From positions 32,001-96,000 of IMG/VR virus record IMGVR_UViG_3300030330_004956: 64,000 nt of DNA; one strand, given 5' to 3'. The stretch is from a virus (Duplodnaviria > Caudoviricetes). This document shows, piece by piece, positions 10,230-19,631 of the stretch (the first letter of the stretch is position 1; each line of letters opens with the position of its first letter). The notes under the pieces were generated by a model. That model was not told where the DNA came from. It searched no databases and saw only the letters and a list, made by a program, of their open reading frames with translations. A program made the translations under genes and the position numbers.

Positions 10230-11402
10230 ATGAGTATTTATAAATTTAAAGAAGAAGAGGTGTTTGTTAATAGCTTGCGTATGTACCCTAAATACGAGTT
10301 TACATTCTATTCGGGCACTGTGTTTATTAACAACGAACAGCCGGATTCTGGTTCCTTAACGGCTAATAGCCTTAGTATTCCATCCGGCTACATATCTTTG
10401 AATGAAATTAATATTGATCGTGACGGTACTAATAGTCCATACATTTATCCGTTTATTACCAAGAATGGCTCATTAGCTTCTTTCGCTACGGTAAGCACAT
10501 CTCAGTTTGCGCAATCATTTGCATACGGCGATGAGATCACTGGCTCATATCCAATGTCATCGTCTTTATACAGAAACTATTATTCTGCATCTTCTAACCG
10601 CAAGCACCTAAACGCAATCAAGAACACATTGAACCATTATACCACACTATCGCCACGTTATCAGTTTAGCGCATCGTTTGGAGATAAATCGACGATGGAA
10701 GCAAACCTCATCAGCGTGCCTTCAATATTTTATGGAACTAGGATAAAGAAAGGTACTGTGGATCTTAAATTTTATATAACTGGTACTTTGGTTGGACAGT
10801 TGCAAGATTCTAAAAGGAATGGAGAGTTAATACAAGTCGGCCCTGCCGGCTCAACAGGTTCTGGTTCTTGCGCCGGCGTTGTGTTGTATCAGGAAGGTTT
10901 TGTGCTATTAACAGGTAGTTGGGATCTACATGGAACACAACTGAACTACATAAACGATATATCCCTAAAGAAAAGAACACAATGGGTATATTGGGGCTCT
11001 GGGATCGCAGGGTTTGCTAACGATCCTATGACTGGCTCACATGGAAGTATTTCGTTTAAAGGTGAGACAAACGTCCCAACAATTACGATGTATGCCCACG
11101 CACCCAAAGCGCAACTTAATCACTCTAATAATCCAACATTTATAGAGTCTGGGCAATCTTTGTATACATCTTCGCTTGTACAAACTGGTACCTTGTTTTT
11201 AGAAAACAGGGAGGCAAAGATTAAGAATACAGTTTTTAGTCCATACGACAACAACACAGAAACTTTTCAAAAGCACACATACATAACCAAGATCGCCATA
11301 TACGACGAAGATATGAATATACTTGGCGTTGCAAAAGTAGCTAAACCCGTAAAGAAGACTGAAGAAAGAGAGTTTAGCTTTAAATTAAAATTAGACATTT
11401 AA
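10230..11402 (+). CDS. Baseplate-like structural protein, paralogue of 8510
   Basis: C-terminal 'NHSNNPTF...YITKIAIYDEDMNILGVAKVAKPVKK...KLKLDI' matches 8510. Confidence 0.55.
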   Translation: MSIYKFKEEEVFVNSLRMYPKYEFTFYSGTVFINNEQPDSGSLTANSLSIPSGYISLNEINIDRDGTNSPYIYPFITKNGSLASFATVSTSQFAQSFAYGDEITGSYPMSSSLYRNYYSASSNRKHLNAIKNTLNHYTTLSPRYQFSASFGDKSTMEANLISVPSIFYGTRIKKGTVDLKFYITGTLVGQLQDSKRNGELIQVGPAGSTGSGSCAGVVLYQEGFVLLTGSWDLHGTQLNYINDISLKKRTQWVYWGSGIAGFANDPMTGSHGSISFKGETNVPTITMYAHAPKAQLNHSNNPTFIESGQSLYTSSLVQTGTLFLENREAKIKNTVFSPYDNNTETFQKHTYITKIAIYDEDMNILGVAKVAKPVKKTEEREFSFKLKLDI

Positions 11403-11405
11403 ATT

Positions 11406-11957
11406 ATGACATCAAATATATTAGGAATAGACATTAGTACTTCCGTGATCGGATTGGCTGTGATGAACACAGATTACAAACTTGTGACTTATGACAAGAT
11501 CAAGTTCAAGTCTGATATGCCACTTGAGCAACGCGCAGATTATTTTGCAAATAAAGTAAAGCATCTAGATGATTACTATTATATTTCTGAGGTTTACATT
11601 GAGCAGCCTGCTATGATGTTTGGTAGAGGAAAGACAACAGCAAATACAATGTCTAAACTTCAGAGATTCAATGGAATGTGTTGTTACGCAGTATATTCCG
11701 AATTAGAATTGGTACCCAGTTTGGTTCACGCAAATACAGCTAGAAAAAAAATGAATATTTCTGTGCCCCGAAACGTATTAAAGAAGAAGCACTTTATTAT
11801 TGAGCGAGTAAAGGAGAGATACCCAAACTTCAATTACAATATCACAAGGCATGGCAATCCGCAACCCGGTACGGATGACATAGCAGACGCAATTGTAGTT
11901 GCATACGCAGGGGTAACTCTAATCAAAGAGGGGGAAAATGAGGGGCGAGAAACTTAA
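11406..11957 (+). CDS. ruvC: RuvC-like Holliday junction resolvase
   Basis: ILGIDISTS, YIEQP and DDIADAIVVA catalytic motifs. Confidence 0.8.
   Translation: MTSNILGIDISTSVIGLAVMNTDYKLVTYDKIKFKSDMPLEQRADYFANKVKHLDDYYYISEVYIEQPAMMFGRGKTTANTMSKLQRFNGMCCYAVYSELELVPSLVHANTARKKMNISVPRNVLKKKHFIIERVKERYPNFNYNITRHGNPQPGTDDIADAIVVAYAGVTLIKEGENEGRET
11752..11777 (+). promoter_or_regulatory. ECF-like promoter TGAATA-N16-CGTA
   Basis: Inside ruvC, upstream of the primase. Confidence 0.55.
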
Positions 11958-12873
11958 TCTGATAACTAACATCTTGGGATACTACAGGAAGCAAGGTTCT
12001 GAATGTCTTTTTACTTGCCCATTTTGCAAGCATCACAAGAAAAAGTTTTCTGTCAATGTGGATTTGAACGTATACAAGTGTTGGATATGTGATACACGCG
12101 GCAGAGATATCCGCCGTCTTGTACGTCGTTTTGGAGGCTTTACTCAGCTAAAAGAATGGGATCGACTCTCTGGAACTATTGATTTTTCGTCTCAAGAGTT
12201 TACTTTGTTTGAAACAGAAGAGGTTGAAACACAGCAGAGGTTGTCTTTGCCGCCAGAATTCAAAACATTGACTGGCAAAATAACCCCCGCCGATCTCCGT
12301 GCTTTCTCATATTTGCAGAATAGAGGACTTACAAAGCACGACATATTGAGAAACAAAATAGGATATTGTAGTGAGGGCGAATACGAAGGTAGGATCATTA
12401 TTCCATCATTTGACTTGGATGGTTATGTAAACTATTTTATCGCCCGAACTTATAATGATCACTGGATGCGGTATAAGAATCCCAACGCATCTAGAGATAT
12501 CATATTCAATGAATTGAATATTGATTGGGATTCAGATGTAGTATTAGTAGAAGGAGTATTTGATGCTATTTTCGCAGGAAACGCTGTTGCTTTATTGGGT
12601 TCAACTTTACGGGAAGAATCGCGATTATTTCAGCACATAATTAAAAATGATTCTAGTGTTTTCATTGCCCTTGATCCGGACGCCGAAGAGAAGGCTATGA
12701 AGATTACTAGAACGCTTTTAAAGTACGACGTTGAGGTTTGGAAGGTTGACATGCCTGAAGACTCAGACGTAGCTTCACTGGGCTCTGAAGCCTTTCGGGG
12801 GCTAAAGCAAAATGCAATCTTGATGAAGGATAATCATGATTACATATTGCAGAGAAAAATAATGTCCATTTGA
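11938..12873 (+). CDS. DNA primase (Zn finger + Toprim)
   Basis: CPFC..H...CWIC Zn finger; RIIIP, YKNP, VEGVFDA and ALDPDA Toprim motifs. Confidence 0.85.
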   Translation: MRGEKLNLITNILGYYRKQGSECLFTCPFCKHHKKKFSVNVDLNVYKCWICDTRGRDIRRLVRRFGGFTQLKEWDRLSGTIDFSSQEFTLFETEEVETQQRLSLPPEFKTLTGKITPADLRAFSYLQNRGLTKHDILRNKIGYCSEGEYEGRIIIPSFDLDGYVNYFIARTYNDHWMRYKNPNASRDIIFNELNIDWDSDVVLVEGVFDAIFAGNAVALLGSTLREESRLFQHIIKNDSSVFIALDPDAEEKAMKITRTLLKYDVEVWKVDMPEDSDVASLGSEAFRGLKQNAILMKDNHDYILQRKIMSI

Positions 12874-12889
12874 TCAATAGGGAGGATTA

Positions 12890-15800
12890 ATGATTAAAAT
12901 AGCACACATTGCAGACACGCACATTAGAAACTTGAAGTACCATTACGAATACAAAATTGTATTTGCTCAGATGTACGAAACACTTAAAAACGAAAAGGTT
13001 GACTACATTGTACACTGTGGGGATATAGCACACACCAAGACGCAAATCTCGCCAGAGTTTGTGGAAATGGCAAGTGATTTCTTTGCTGGCTTGGCAGAGA
13101 TTGCTCCAACCTATATTATATTGGGAAATCATGATGGTAATCTCAAAAACAGTTCACGGCAAGATGCTATTTCGCCAATCATTCAAGCCCTAAATCACCC
13201 CAACTTACATTTGTTAAAAAATTCTGGAGAAACAGATATTGGTGATAATGTTTGTTTAAATGTTCTATCTGTGTTTGACGAAGACAATTGGGTGGCTCCA
13301 TCTGACGATTCTAAGATTAACATTGCATTGTATCATGGCGCAATCTGGGCATCAAAAACTGACACTGGCTTCAGTCTGATGACTGGAGATCATGATATAA
13401 ACATATTCAATGATTTTGATTATGCTATGTTGGGTGACATTCATCAACGACAAGCACTGGATCCAGACGAAACTATTTGGTATGCCGGCTCAACTGTGCA
13501 ACAGAACTTTGGAGAAACAGACGATAAAGGAATTTTAATCTGGGAAATTAAAAACAAAACCGAAAAGAAAATCATCCCAGTTGTATTCAAGAATCCACGC
13601 CCATTTATTTCTTGGAATATTCAACTGGATGCATCAGGAAATATTGACACAACAGGGTTTGCACCACCCGAAGGCGCCCGCCTCCGATTAATTGCTGATA
13701 GTTCTTTATCAATCGATATAGTTCGTAAGGCAACAGAAGTTGTAAAGCACAAATTTAAGCCCGAGTCGGTTACGTTTTTAAATCGTGTTATAGAGAGGAA
13801 TTCAGTTGATGTTGAAAATTCCGATGTAGAAAAGCTGGATCTCCGTAACATCGATGTTCAGCAAGATTTGATTGAAGAATTTCTTGAGCCATTTAATTTG
13901 TCACAAGATGAGTTAGACAATGTTTTGCGACTTAATAAAAAGTATCATGACATAATTACGCAAACGGAAGATGTATCTAGAAACGTTAATTGGAGACTAG
14001 ACAGAATCCGTTGGAGTAATCTTTTTAATTATGGCGAAGATAACGAAATCAATTTTAACAACTTAAATGGCATTGTAGGAATTTTCGGTAAAAACTTCTC
14101 TGGAAAATCTTCAATTATTGATTCTATTTTGTATGGAATGTTTAATTCTACATCAAAAAATGAGAAAAAGAATTTGAATATTATTAATCAAAATAGAGAC
14201 AAAGCAATTGCAAAGCTTGATGTTAGCGTTGGAGAGCACACGTATACCATCGAAAGAGAATCAGAAAAGTATCAAAAAAAGCTTAAAGGTGTGCAGACAA
14301 CGGAGGCGAAGACGAATGTATCATTTTTTAGACAAAATGCAGTTAGTGGCGAAATAGAGCCCCTTAATGGATTGACTAGAAACGACACTGATAAGGCTAT
14401 CCGAAATCACTTTGGTTCTCTTGATGATTTCCTTCTCACATCTATGTCTTCTCAGAATGGAGCCCTTAATTTTATTTCGGAAGGAGCTACTAAGAGAAAA
14501 GAAATTTTTGCTAAATTTTTGGACTTAAACCAGTTTGAATCTAAGTTCAAGCTAGCCAAAGAAGACTCTGCCGAAGTCCGCGCTATCTTGAGGAATTTAG
14601 AAGCCAGAGATTTTGCACAAGAAAAGAAAGAGCAGATAATTGAACTGGCTAAAATTACTAAAAAACTCAATGGACATGAAGAGGATTGTGTAAATCTCTC
14701 AGAACAAACTGAAGAGATCACTTCTCAGCTTCAAGAATTAGATAATAAGATTAGCTCTATCCCGGCAGAAATAATAGATATAGCAAAAGTTAGAAACAAT
14801 ATTGTTACAAAAAATTCACAATTAGCACAAATTGTAGAGCATTTAGAGGAACTTAAGTCTGAGCGAGAGAAAAATAATGTGATATATGAGAAATTAACTG
14901 CTTTCGTAAACTCGTTTAAAATCGATGACTTAAGAGACAAAAAGGCTAAAATTGATGAAACTCAACATAGCATTGACGAATTGGCAAATTCTTTAAAGGC
15001 AAAGCAAAAGGAATATAATAATTATGCCAGCAAGGTAGAATTACTGCATGATCACGAGTATGATCCTAATTGCAAGTATTGTTCTGAGAACAAGTTTGTT
15101 AAAGATGCTGAGACTGCAAAGACAAAAATCCCTAGCATACGCTCTAAGATTACAGAGATTGAAAACGGCTTAAGAATCTTAGAAGGGATTCAAATAGATC
15201 TAAACCCAGAAAAGGTGAACGATCACTTAGAAAAGTACCAACAAGTATTGAATAAGAAAGTCAATACTTCTAGTCGCTGTACAGAGATTGGGCTTCTGAT
15301 CGAGAGGGACGAAAGCACGATCAAGTTGTTACTGAAAGAGATAGAAGAGCTTGAAGCCAAAGAGGCGATATATGAAGAAAATAAGGAAGCTATCGAAAAT
15401 CTTGAAACACTTGTAGCCGAGAAAAACAAGCTTAACAAAAATCTTAAAAGTGTCAAGCGCTCTCTGTCTAAGTGCGAAAAGGCAAAGTTAGAATTTTACA
15501 AGCAGACAGGCTCAATCGAAGAAAAGATTAAGGTACTAGAAGAACAGCAAGAGCAGCTAGAGCTATATAGAAGTGAATATTCTGCTACCGATTTATATAT
15601 GCAATGTATGCATGCTAATGGAATCGCATTCGATATTATTAAAAAGAAACTACCAGTAATCAATGATGAAATAGCTAAAACTATTTCGAATATTGTAGAT
15701 TTTGAAATATTTTTTGAAGTTGACGGATCTAAGTTTGAAATATATATCAAGCATCCAAAGCACGATCCACGTCCATTAGAAATGGGCTCAGGCGCCGAAA

Positions 15801-16057
15801 AAACAATTGCTGCCATGGCAATCCGAATGGCGCTACTAACAGTATCTTCTATGCCGAAGGGAGACATTTTTATTCTTGATGAGCCGGGCACTGCTTTAGA
15901 TGAAGAAAATATGGAAGGGTTTATTCGTATGTTGGAACTAATTAAAGTGAACTTTAAAACAGTTCTGCTCATTTCCCATCTAGATTCATTAAAGGATTGT
16001 GTTGACATGCAAGTCGTTATTGACAAGATTGATGGATATGCGCAAGTTAAACAATAA
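12890..16057 (+). CDS. Fused Mre11/SbcD nuclease - Rad50/SbcC ATPase (gp47-gp46-like)
   Basis: HIADTH, GD, GNHD and GDIH phosphoesterase motifs; Walker A GKNFSGKS; coiled coil with CKYC hook; GSGAEK signature; Walker B ILDEP; ISH. Confidence 0.9.
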   Translation: MIKIAHIADTHIRNLKYHYEYKIVFAQMYETLKNEKVDYIVHCGDIAHTKTQISPEFVEMASDFFAGLAEIAPTYIILGNHDGNLKNSSRQDAISPIIQALNHPNLHLLKNSGETDIGDNVCLNVLSVFDEDNWVAPSDDSKINIALYHGAIWASKTDTGFSLMTGDHDINIFNDFDYAMLGDIHQRQALDPDETIWYAGSTVQQNFGETDDKGILIWEIKNKTEKKIIPVVFKNPRPFISWNIQLDASGNIDTTGFAPPEGARLRLIADSSLSIDIVRKATEVVKHKFKPESVTFLNRVIERNSVDVENSDVEKLDLRNIDVQQDLIEEFLEPFNLSQDELDNVLRLNKKYHDIITQTEDVSRNVNWRLDRIRWSNLFNYGEDNEINFNNLNGIVGIFGKNFSGKSSIIDSILYGMFNSTSKNEKKNLNIINQNRDKAIAKLDVSVGEHTYTIERESEKYQKKLKGVQTTEAKTNVSFFRQNAVSGEIEPLNGLTRNDTDKAIRNHFGSLDDFLLTSMSSQNGALNFISEGATKRKEIFAKFLDLNQFESKFKLAKEDSAEVRAILRNLEARDFAQEKKEQIIELAKITKKLNGHEEDCVNLSEQTEEITSQLQELDNKISSIPAEIIDIAKVRNNIVTKNSQLAQIVEHLEELKSEREKNNVIYEKLTAFVNSFKIDDLRDKKAKIDETQHSIDELANSLKAKQKEYNNYASKVELLHDHEYDPNCKYCSENKFVKDAETAKTKIPSIRSKITEIENGLRILEGIQIDLNPEKVNDHLEKYQQVLNKKVNTSSRCTEIGLLIERDESTIKLLLKEIEELEAKEAIYEENKEAIENLETLVAEKNKLNKNLKSVKRSLSKCEKAKLEFYKQTGSIEEKIKVLEEQQEQLELYRSEYSATDLYMQCMHANGIAFDIIKKKLPVINDEIAKTISNIVDFEIFFEVDGSKFEIYIKHPKHDPRPLEMGSGAEKTIAAMAIRMALLTVSSMPKGDIFILDEPGTALDEENMEGFIRMLELIKVNFKTVLLISHLDSLKDCVDMQVVIDKIDGYAQVKQ

Positions 16058-16071
16058 ATGTAGGAGTTAAC

Positions 16072-16281
16072 ATGACAATGGAAGAATTAAAAGCAAAACA
16101 AGAAGCACTGGTTGACAGTTGGTTACAAAAAATCACCAGTAGAAAACTCATGGTTTGGACAGCCGCAACAGTTCTTATGGGCTGTAGTGTCATCGAATCA
16201 GCAGACTGGGTAATGATTTCGGCTTTATATATTGGTGGGCAGTCTGTCATTGACGCCATCGCAAAGATGAAAGGTGCCTAG
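16072..16281 (+). CDS. Small membrane protein, holin-like
   Basis: 69 aa, two hydrophobic segments following 'SRKL'; SD aggag. Confidence 0.45.
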   Translation: MTMEELKAKQEALVDSWLQKITSRKLMVWTAATVLMGCSVIESADWVMISALYIGGQSVIDAIAKMKGA

Positions 16282-16670
16282 TGGGTAAAGCAAAAGAAAT
16301 AATTTTAAAATTTGTTATTAAGCATTGGAAAGAGATATTGTTGGTAATCCTTTCTGCCGGTATTTTTATCAAAGGCAAAATGGATTACTCAGCATTATAC
16401 AAGTTACACATAGAGTCAGTAGAGCAATACAAGACTCGAATTGACGAATTAAATTTAGCACACAAGGAGCAGTTGAGAAGAAAAGATGAAGCTATCGAAC
16501 AGTACATTCAACGAGTGGAAGATCTTAGGATTCAATACGATTCGGCAAGGGAAGAAGTTGAAACAACCACAGAAACCCGCCGAGAAGAATACCGGAGAAC
16601 CCTCGAAGAAAAACCAGAAGAATTAATTGAAGAAATAGAAAATCAATTTGGATTTAAATATGTTGAATAA
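16281..16670 (+). CDS. N-terminal TM + coiled-coil protein (i-spanin-like?)
   Basis: One N-terminal TM followed by a long charged helix. Confidence 0.35.
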   Translation: MGKAKEIILKFVIKHWKEILLVILSAGIFIKGKMDYSALYKLHIESVEQYKTRIDELNLAHKEQLRRKDEAIEQYIQRVEDLRIQYDSAREEVETTTETRREEYRRTLEEKPEELIEEIENQFGFKYVE

Positions 16671-17097
16671 AATACTAACATTAATCGTATTATTAGTAAT
16701 GCCATCTGTCGCCATGGCGCAAGATGGTAGATTTACATATTTGGAGCCGGGTATGCAAGCACCCTTTAGGGGTACATTATTTGACAGTGCAGCGACAGCG
16801 CATTTGCTATCTCTGCCAGAATACTATCAAATGCAATGTGATTTGGAGCTTGAGTATCAATTGGGCTTGCAAGAAGAGAAATTTAGTTTCGAAAGAAAAG
16901 ACTTGCAAGCTCAAATAATATTCTTGCAAGATGATAGGCAGAGCATCATAACACAGACAGATGCCAGAATTGCACTACTAGAAGAGCAAGTTAAGAAAAA
17001 CACCCGCAATGATCGTCCATGGTATATTGCAGCAGGAGTTGCTATCGGAATCGGACTAACTATAGGCATGATGAAAGCAACGGAGAGCAGTAGGTGA
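16660..17097 (+). CDS. Signal peptide + coiled coil + C-terminal TM protein
   Basis: 'MLNKILTLIVLLVMPSVAMA|Q' signal; C-terminal WYIAAGVAIGIGLTIG. Confidence 0.4.
   Translation: MLNKILTLIVLLVMPSVAMAQDGRFTYLEPGMQAPFRGTLFDSAATAHLLSLPEYYQMQCDLELEYQLGLQEEKFSFERKDLQAQIIFLQDDRQSIITQTDARIALLEEQVKKNTRNDRPWYIAAGVAIGIGLTIGMMKATESSR
16664..16689 (+). promoter_or_regulatory. ECF-like promoter TGAATA-N16-CGTA
   Basis: Inside the start of 16660, upstream of 17094-terL. Confidence 0.5.
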
Positions 17098-17480
17098 AGA
17101 TAAAAAATCCAGACAAGATTGCACAATTTGAAAAAGCAATAAAGAAAAAGTATGGATATGATGCTATAAAAAATCCAAACGCAGGATGGGATGACGAAAA
17201 AGAACAAGAGTATCTTGAGTCTACCAAGAAATTTCAAACTAAAGTCTCCAAGTATCATGAAGACAATGATTTAGTAGAAGTTGATGGATTTTTAATGCCA
17301 AAAAGACTACTTAATAGTGAAAGTAATAGAACTTGCCCAGTATGCTCAACATACTCATTCGACAAAGGAGACGACTTTTATATGAACAAATTTGATTGTT
17401 GTCAAAATTGTTTTATTAAATACGTTGATGGAAGAGAAGAAAGGTGGCAAGCAGGCTGGCGCCCCAACAAGGAGAAATAA
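17094..17480 (+). CDS. Hypothetical Zn-finger protein
   Basis: CPVC...CCQNC. Confidence 0.5.
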   Translation: MKIKNPDKIAQFEKAIKKKYGYDAIKNPNAGWDDEKEQEYLESTKKFQTKVSKYHEDNDLVEVDGFLMPKRLLNSESNRTCPVCSTYSFDKGDDFYMNKFDCCQNCFIKYVDGREERWQAGWRPNKEK

Positions 17481-17481
17481 A

Positions 17482-18033
17482 ATGGCTACAACATTAGAAA
17501 TAGTAAGAGGAATTCATCAAGCAGCAGCTAATGCTTATGATGGTTCACACGATGAAAGGTTTGCAGGTGAAGACTTGGCAGCAAAAGCTGGGCTTCGTAG
17601 GGAAGAGGGTTGTGCAATTAAGGACTCTCGCGTTATTGACGGCTTTAATGTAAAGATTTCTGGAAATGAGTTGCACATTATTTACCACACAGAGTGTACA
17701 TCAAAGAATGCTCACCGCACCTCTTTGGTTTCTGATATTGAGCAAAACATTGCCGATATTGTAAAGTATCTTAAATCAGAATATAAGAAAGTAGCAGAAG
17801 GAACTTTGTCCTTGTCAAACGCTTCAGAAGTTGATATTGATATGCAATATATCTCCAGACAAAGAGTTTCAATTATCGCAAGGCAATCATTTGAGTTGGG
17901 CGGAACTGATGCAGAACCTAACACACCAGAGTCTTCTGAGGATAGGTTGGATAAATCCATTAAAGACTTTTTATCTATGGGCAGAGAAGACGCCAAGAAG
18001 CCGTCAAATTATACAGCAAAAAATGAGAGCTAA
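17482..18033 (+). CDS. Hypothetical protein upstream of terminase
   Basis: SD aaggag before ATG 17482; stop overlaps the terL start. Confidence 0.5.
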   Translation: MATTLEIVRGIHQAAANAYDGSHDERFAGEDLAAKAGLRREEGCAIKDSRVIDGFNVKISGNELHIIYHTECTSKNAHRTSLVSDIEQNIADIVKYLKSEYKKVAEGTLSLSNASEVDIDMQYISRQRVSIIARQSFELGGTDAEPNTPESSEDRLDKSIKDFLSMGREDAKKPSNYTAKNES

Positions 18034-19628
18034 TGTTAACAAAGGATCAAGCACTAAAGGAAATTCTCAGATCTGGGAAGGATCAAGAATATTTTGTAAA
18101 TAACTATTGCCGAATACCTCACTCGGTTCATGGCTTGGTTCGGTTCGACACATATACATTCCAAGATCAACTACTCATTGATCTTGAAAGGCACCGCTTC
18201 AACGTGGTTTTGAAAGCTAGGCAGATGGGTATTTCGACAATTGTCGCCGCCCACATCGCTTGGCTTATGATGTTTCATAAACATAAGAACGTTCTTATTC
18301 TGTGTACCAAGCTGCAAACTGCAACCAACTTGGTAAAGAAGGTTAAAGAGATGGTTAAGAACCTTCCAGAATGGATGCAAATAGCCAAGATCATCGTAGA
18401 CAATAGAACTAGCTTTGAGCTTTCTAACGGCTCTCAGATCAAAGCCTCGTCCACTTCTGGAGATGCTGGACGTTCTGAAGCATTGTCGCTTTTGGTTCTA
18501 GATGAGGCTGCTTTTATTCCAGATATGAATGATCTGTGGACAGGTATTTATCCTACGATCTCAACTGGTGGACGCTGCATCGCTCTATCGACGCCAAATG
18601 GCGTCGGTAATTGGTTTCACACAACGTATGTTGATTCCGAAGCAGGTGTCAATATGTTCTTTCCAACAAAGTTACATTGGAGTCTCCACCCAGACAGAGA
18701 TCAGGATTGGTTTGAAGTTGAGACTAAAAACATGTCACAACGACAAATTGCACAAGAGTATGAGTGCAACTTCAACGCATCGGGAGAAACTGTAATAGCC
18801 CCAGATGATATTGACAGGATTGAAAACATGGTATGCGAACCTAAGCATAAAGTGGGATATGATAGAAATTATTGGATATGGGAGGAATGCCAAGATGGAA
18901 AAAAATATATATTGGTTGCCGACGTGGCTCGTGGCGATGGAGCAGATTATTCTGTTTTCCATATACTTGATGTTGACGACATGAACATTGTTGCTGAGTA
19001 TAAAGGAAAGCCTAACATCGATGACTTTGCAAATATACTTTTTTCAGCAGGTAGAGAATATGAAAATTGTTTGCTAGTTGTTGAGAATAACAATATCGGA
19101 TACTCAGTTTTAGAAAAGTTAATAGATTTAGAGTACCCAAATTTGTATTACAGTGTAAAGGGAACAAACGAACATATAGATCAAATTGCAGCAATTGGTA
19201 ACAACAGTGCAATCGCCGGCTTTACAACATCTATGAAAACTCGCCCTCTTATTATTGCAAAAATGGAAGAGTTCATAAGAAATAAACTAATTAATGTTAA
19301 ATCTATTAGATTAATGAATGAATTAAAGACTTTTATATGGTACCATGGCAAGCCACAAGCTATGAAAGGTTACAATGATGACTTGGTTATGGCACTTGCT
19401 ATCGCATGCTGGGTAAGAGATACTGCAATTATTTCAGCAAAAAGAGGCGAAGAATTACAAAAAGCAATGTTAAACTCAATGGTTTACACTAACACCAAAC
19501 TAAATACTAATATTAGAGGACAAACAGGCTTTGATAAAAATATGTCTGTCTTTTCAAAACCTCGCGATGGCGATTTGGAAAAGCAAAAACAAAATATGGA
19601 TAAATTTGGTTGGATATTTAAAGGATAA
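18033..19628 (+). CDS. terL: Terminase large subunit (gp17-like)
   Basis: KARQMGIS Walker A, LVLDEAAF Walker B, STPNG, ADVARGDGADYS nuclease motif, DDLVMA. Confidence 0.95.
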   Translation: MLTKDQALKEILRSGKDQEYFVNNYCRIPHSVHGLVRFDTYTFQDQLLIDLERHRFNVVLKARQMGISTIVAAHIAWLMMFHKHKNVLILCTKLQTATNLVKKVKEMVKNLPEWMQIAKIIVDNRTSFELSNGSQIKASSTSGDAGRSEALSLLVLDEAAFIPDMNDLWTGIYPTISTGGRCIALSTPNGVGNWFHTTYVDSEAGVNMFFPTKLHWSLHPDRDQDWFEVETKNMSQRQIAQEYECNFNASGETVIAPDDIDRIENMVCEPKHKVGYDRNYWIWEECQDGKKYILVADVARGDGADYSVFHILDVDDMNIVAEYKGKPNIDDFANILFSAGREYENCLLVVENNNIGYSVLEKLIDLEYPNLYYSVKGTNEHIDQIAAIGNNSAIAGFTTSMKTRPLIIAKMEEFIRNKLINVKSIRLMNELKTFIWYHGKPQAMKGYNDDLVMALAIACWVRDTAIISAKRGEELQKAMLNSMVYTNTKLNTNIRGQTGFDKNMSVFSKPRDGDLEKQKQNMDKFGWIFKG

Positions 19629-19631
19629 GAT

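Noticed and set aside
11314-12540. Near-matches to the ECF-like promoter at 11314 (AGTA) and 12515 (TGTA)
   Set aside because: Both lack the conserved C of CGT and lie inside genes; they could be chance matches.
17094-18033. Either ORF as the small terminase subunit
   Set aside because: Only position supports this; no recognisable motif.
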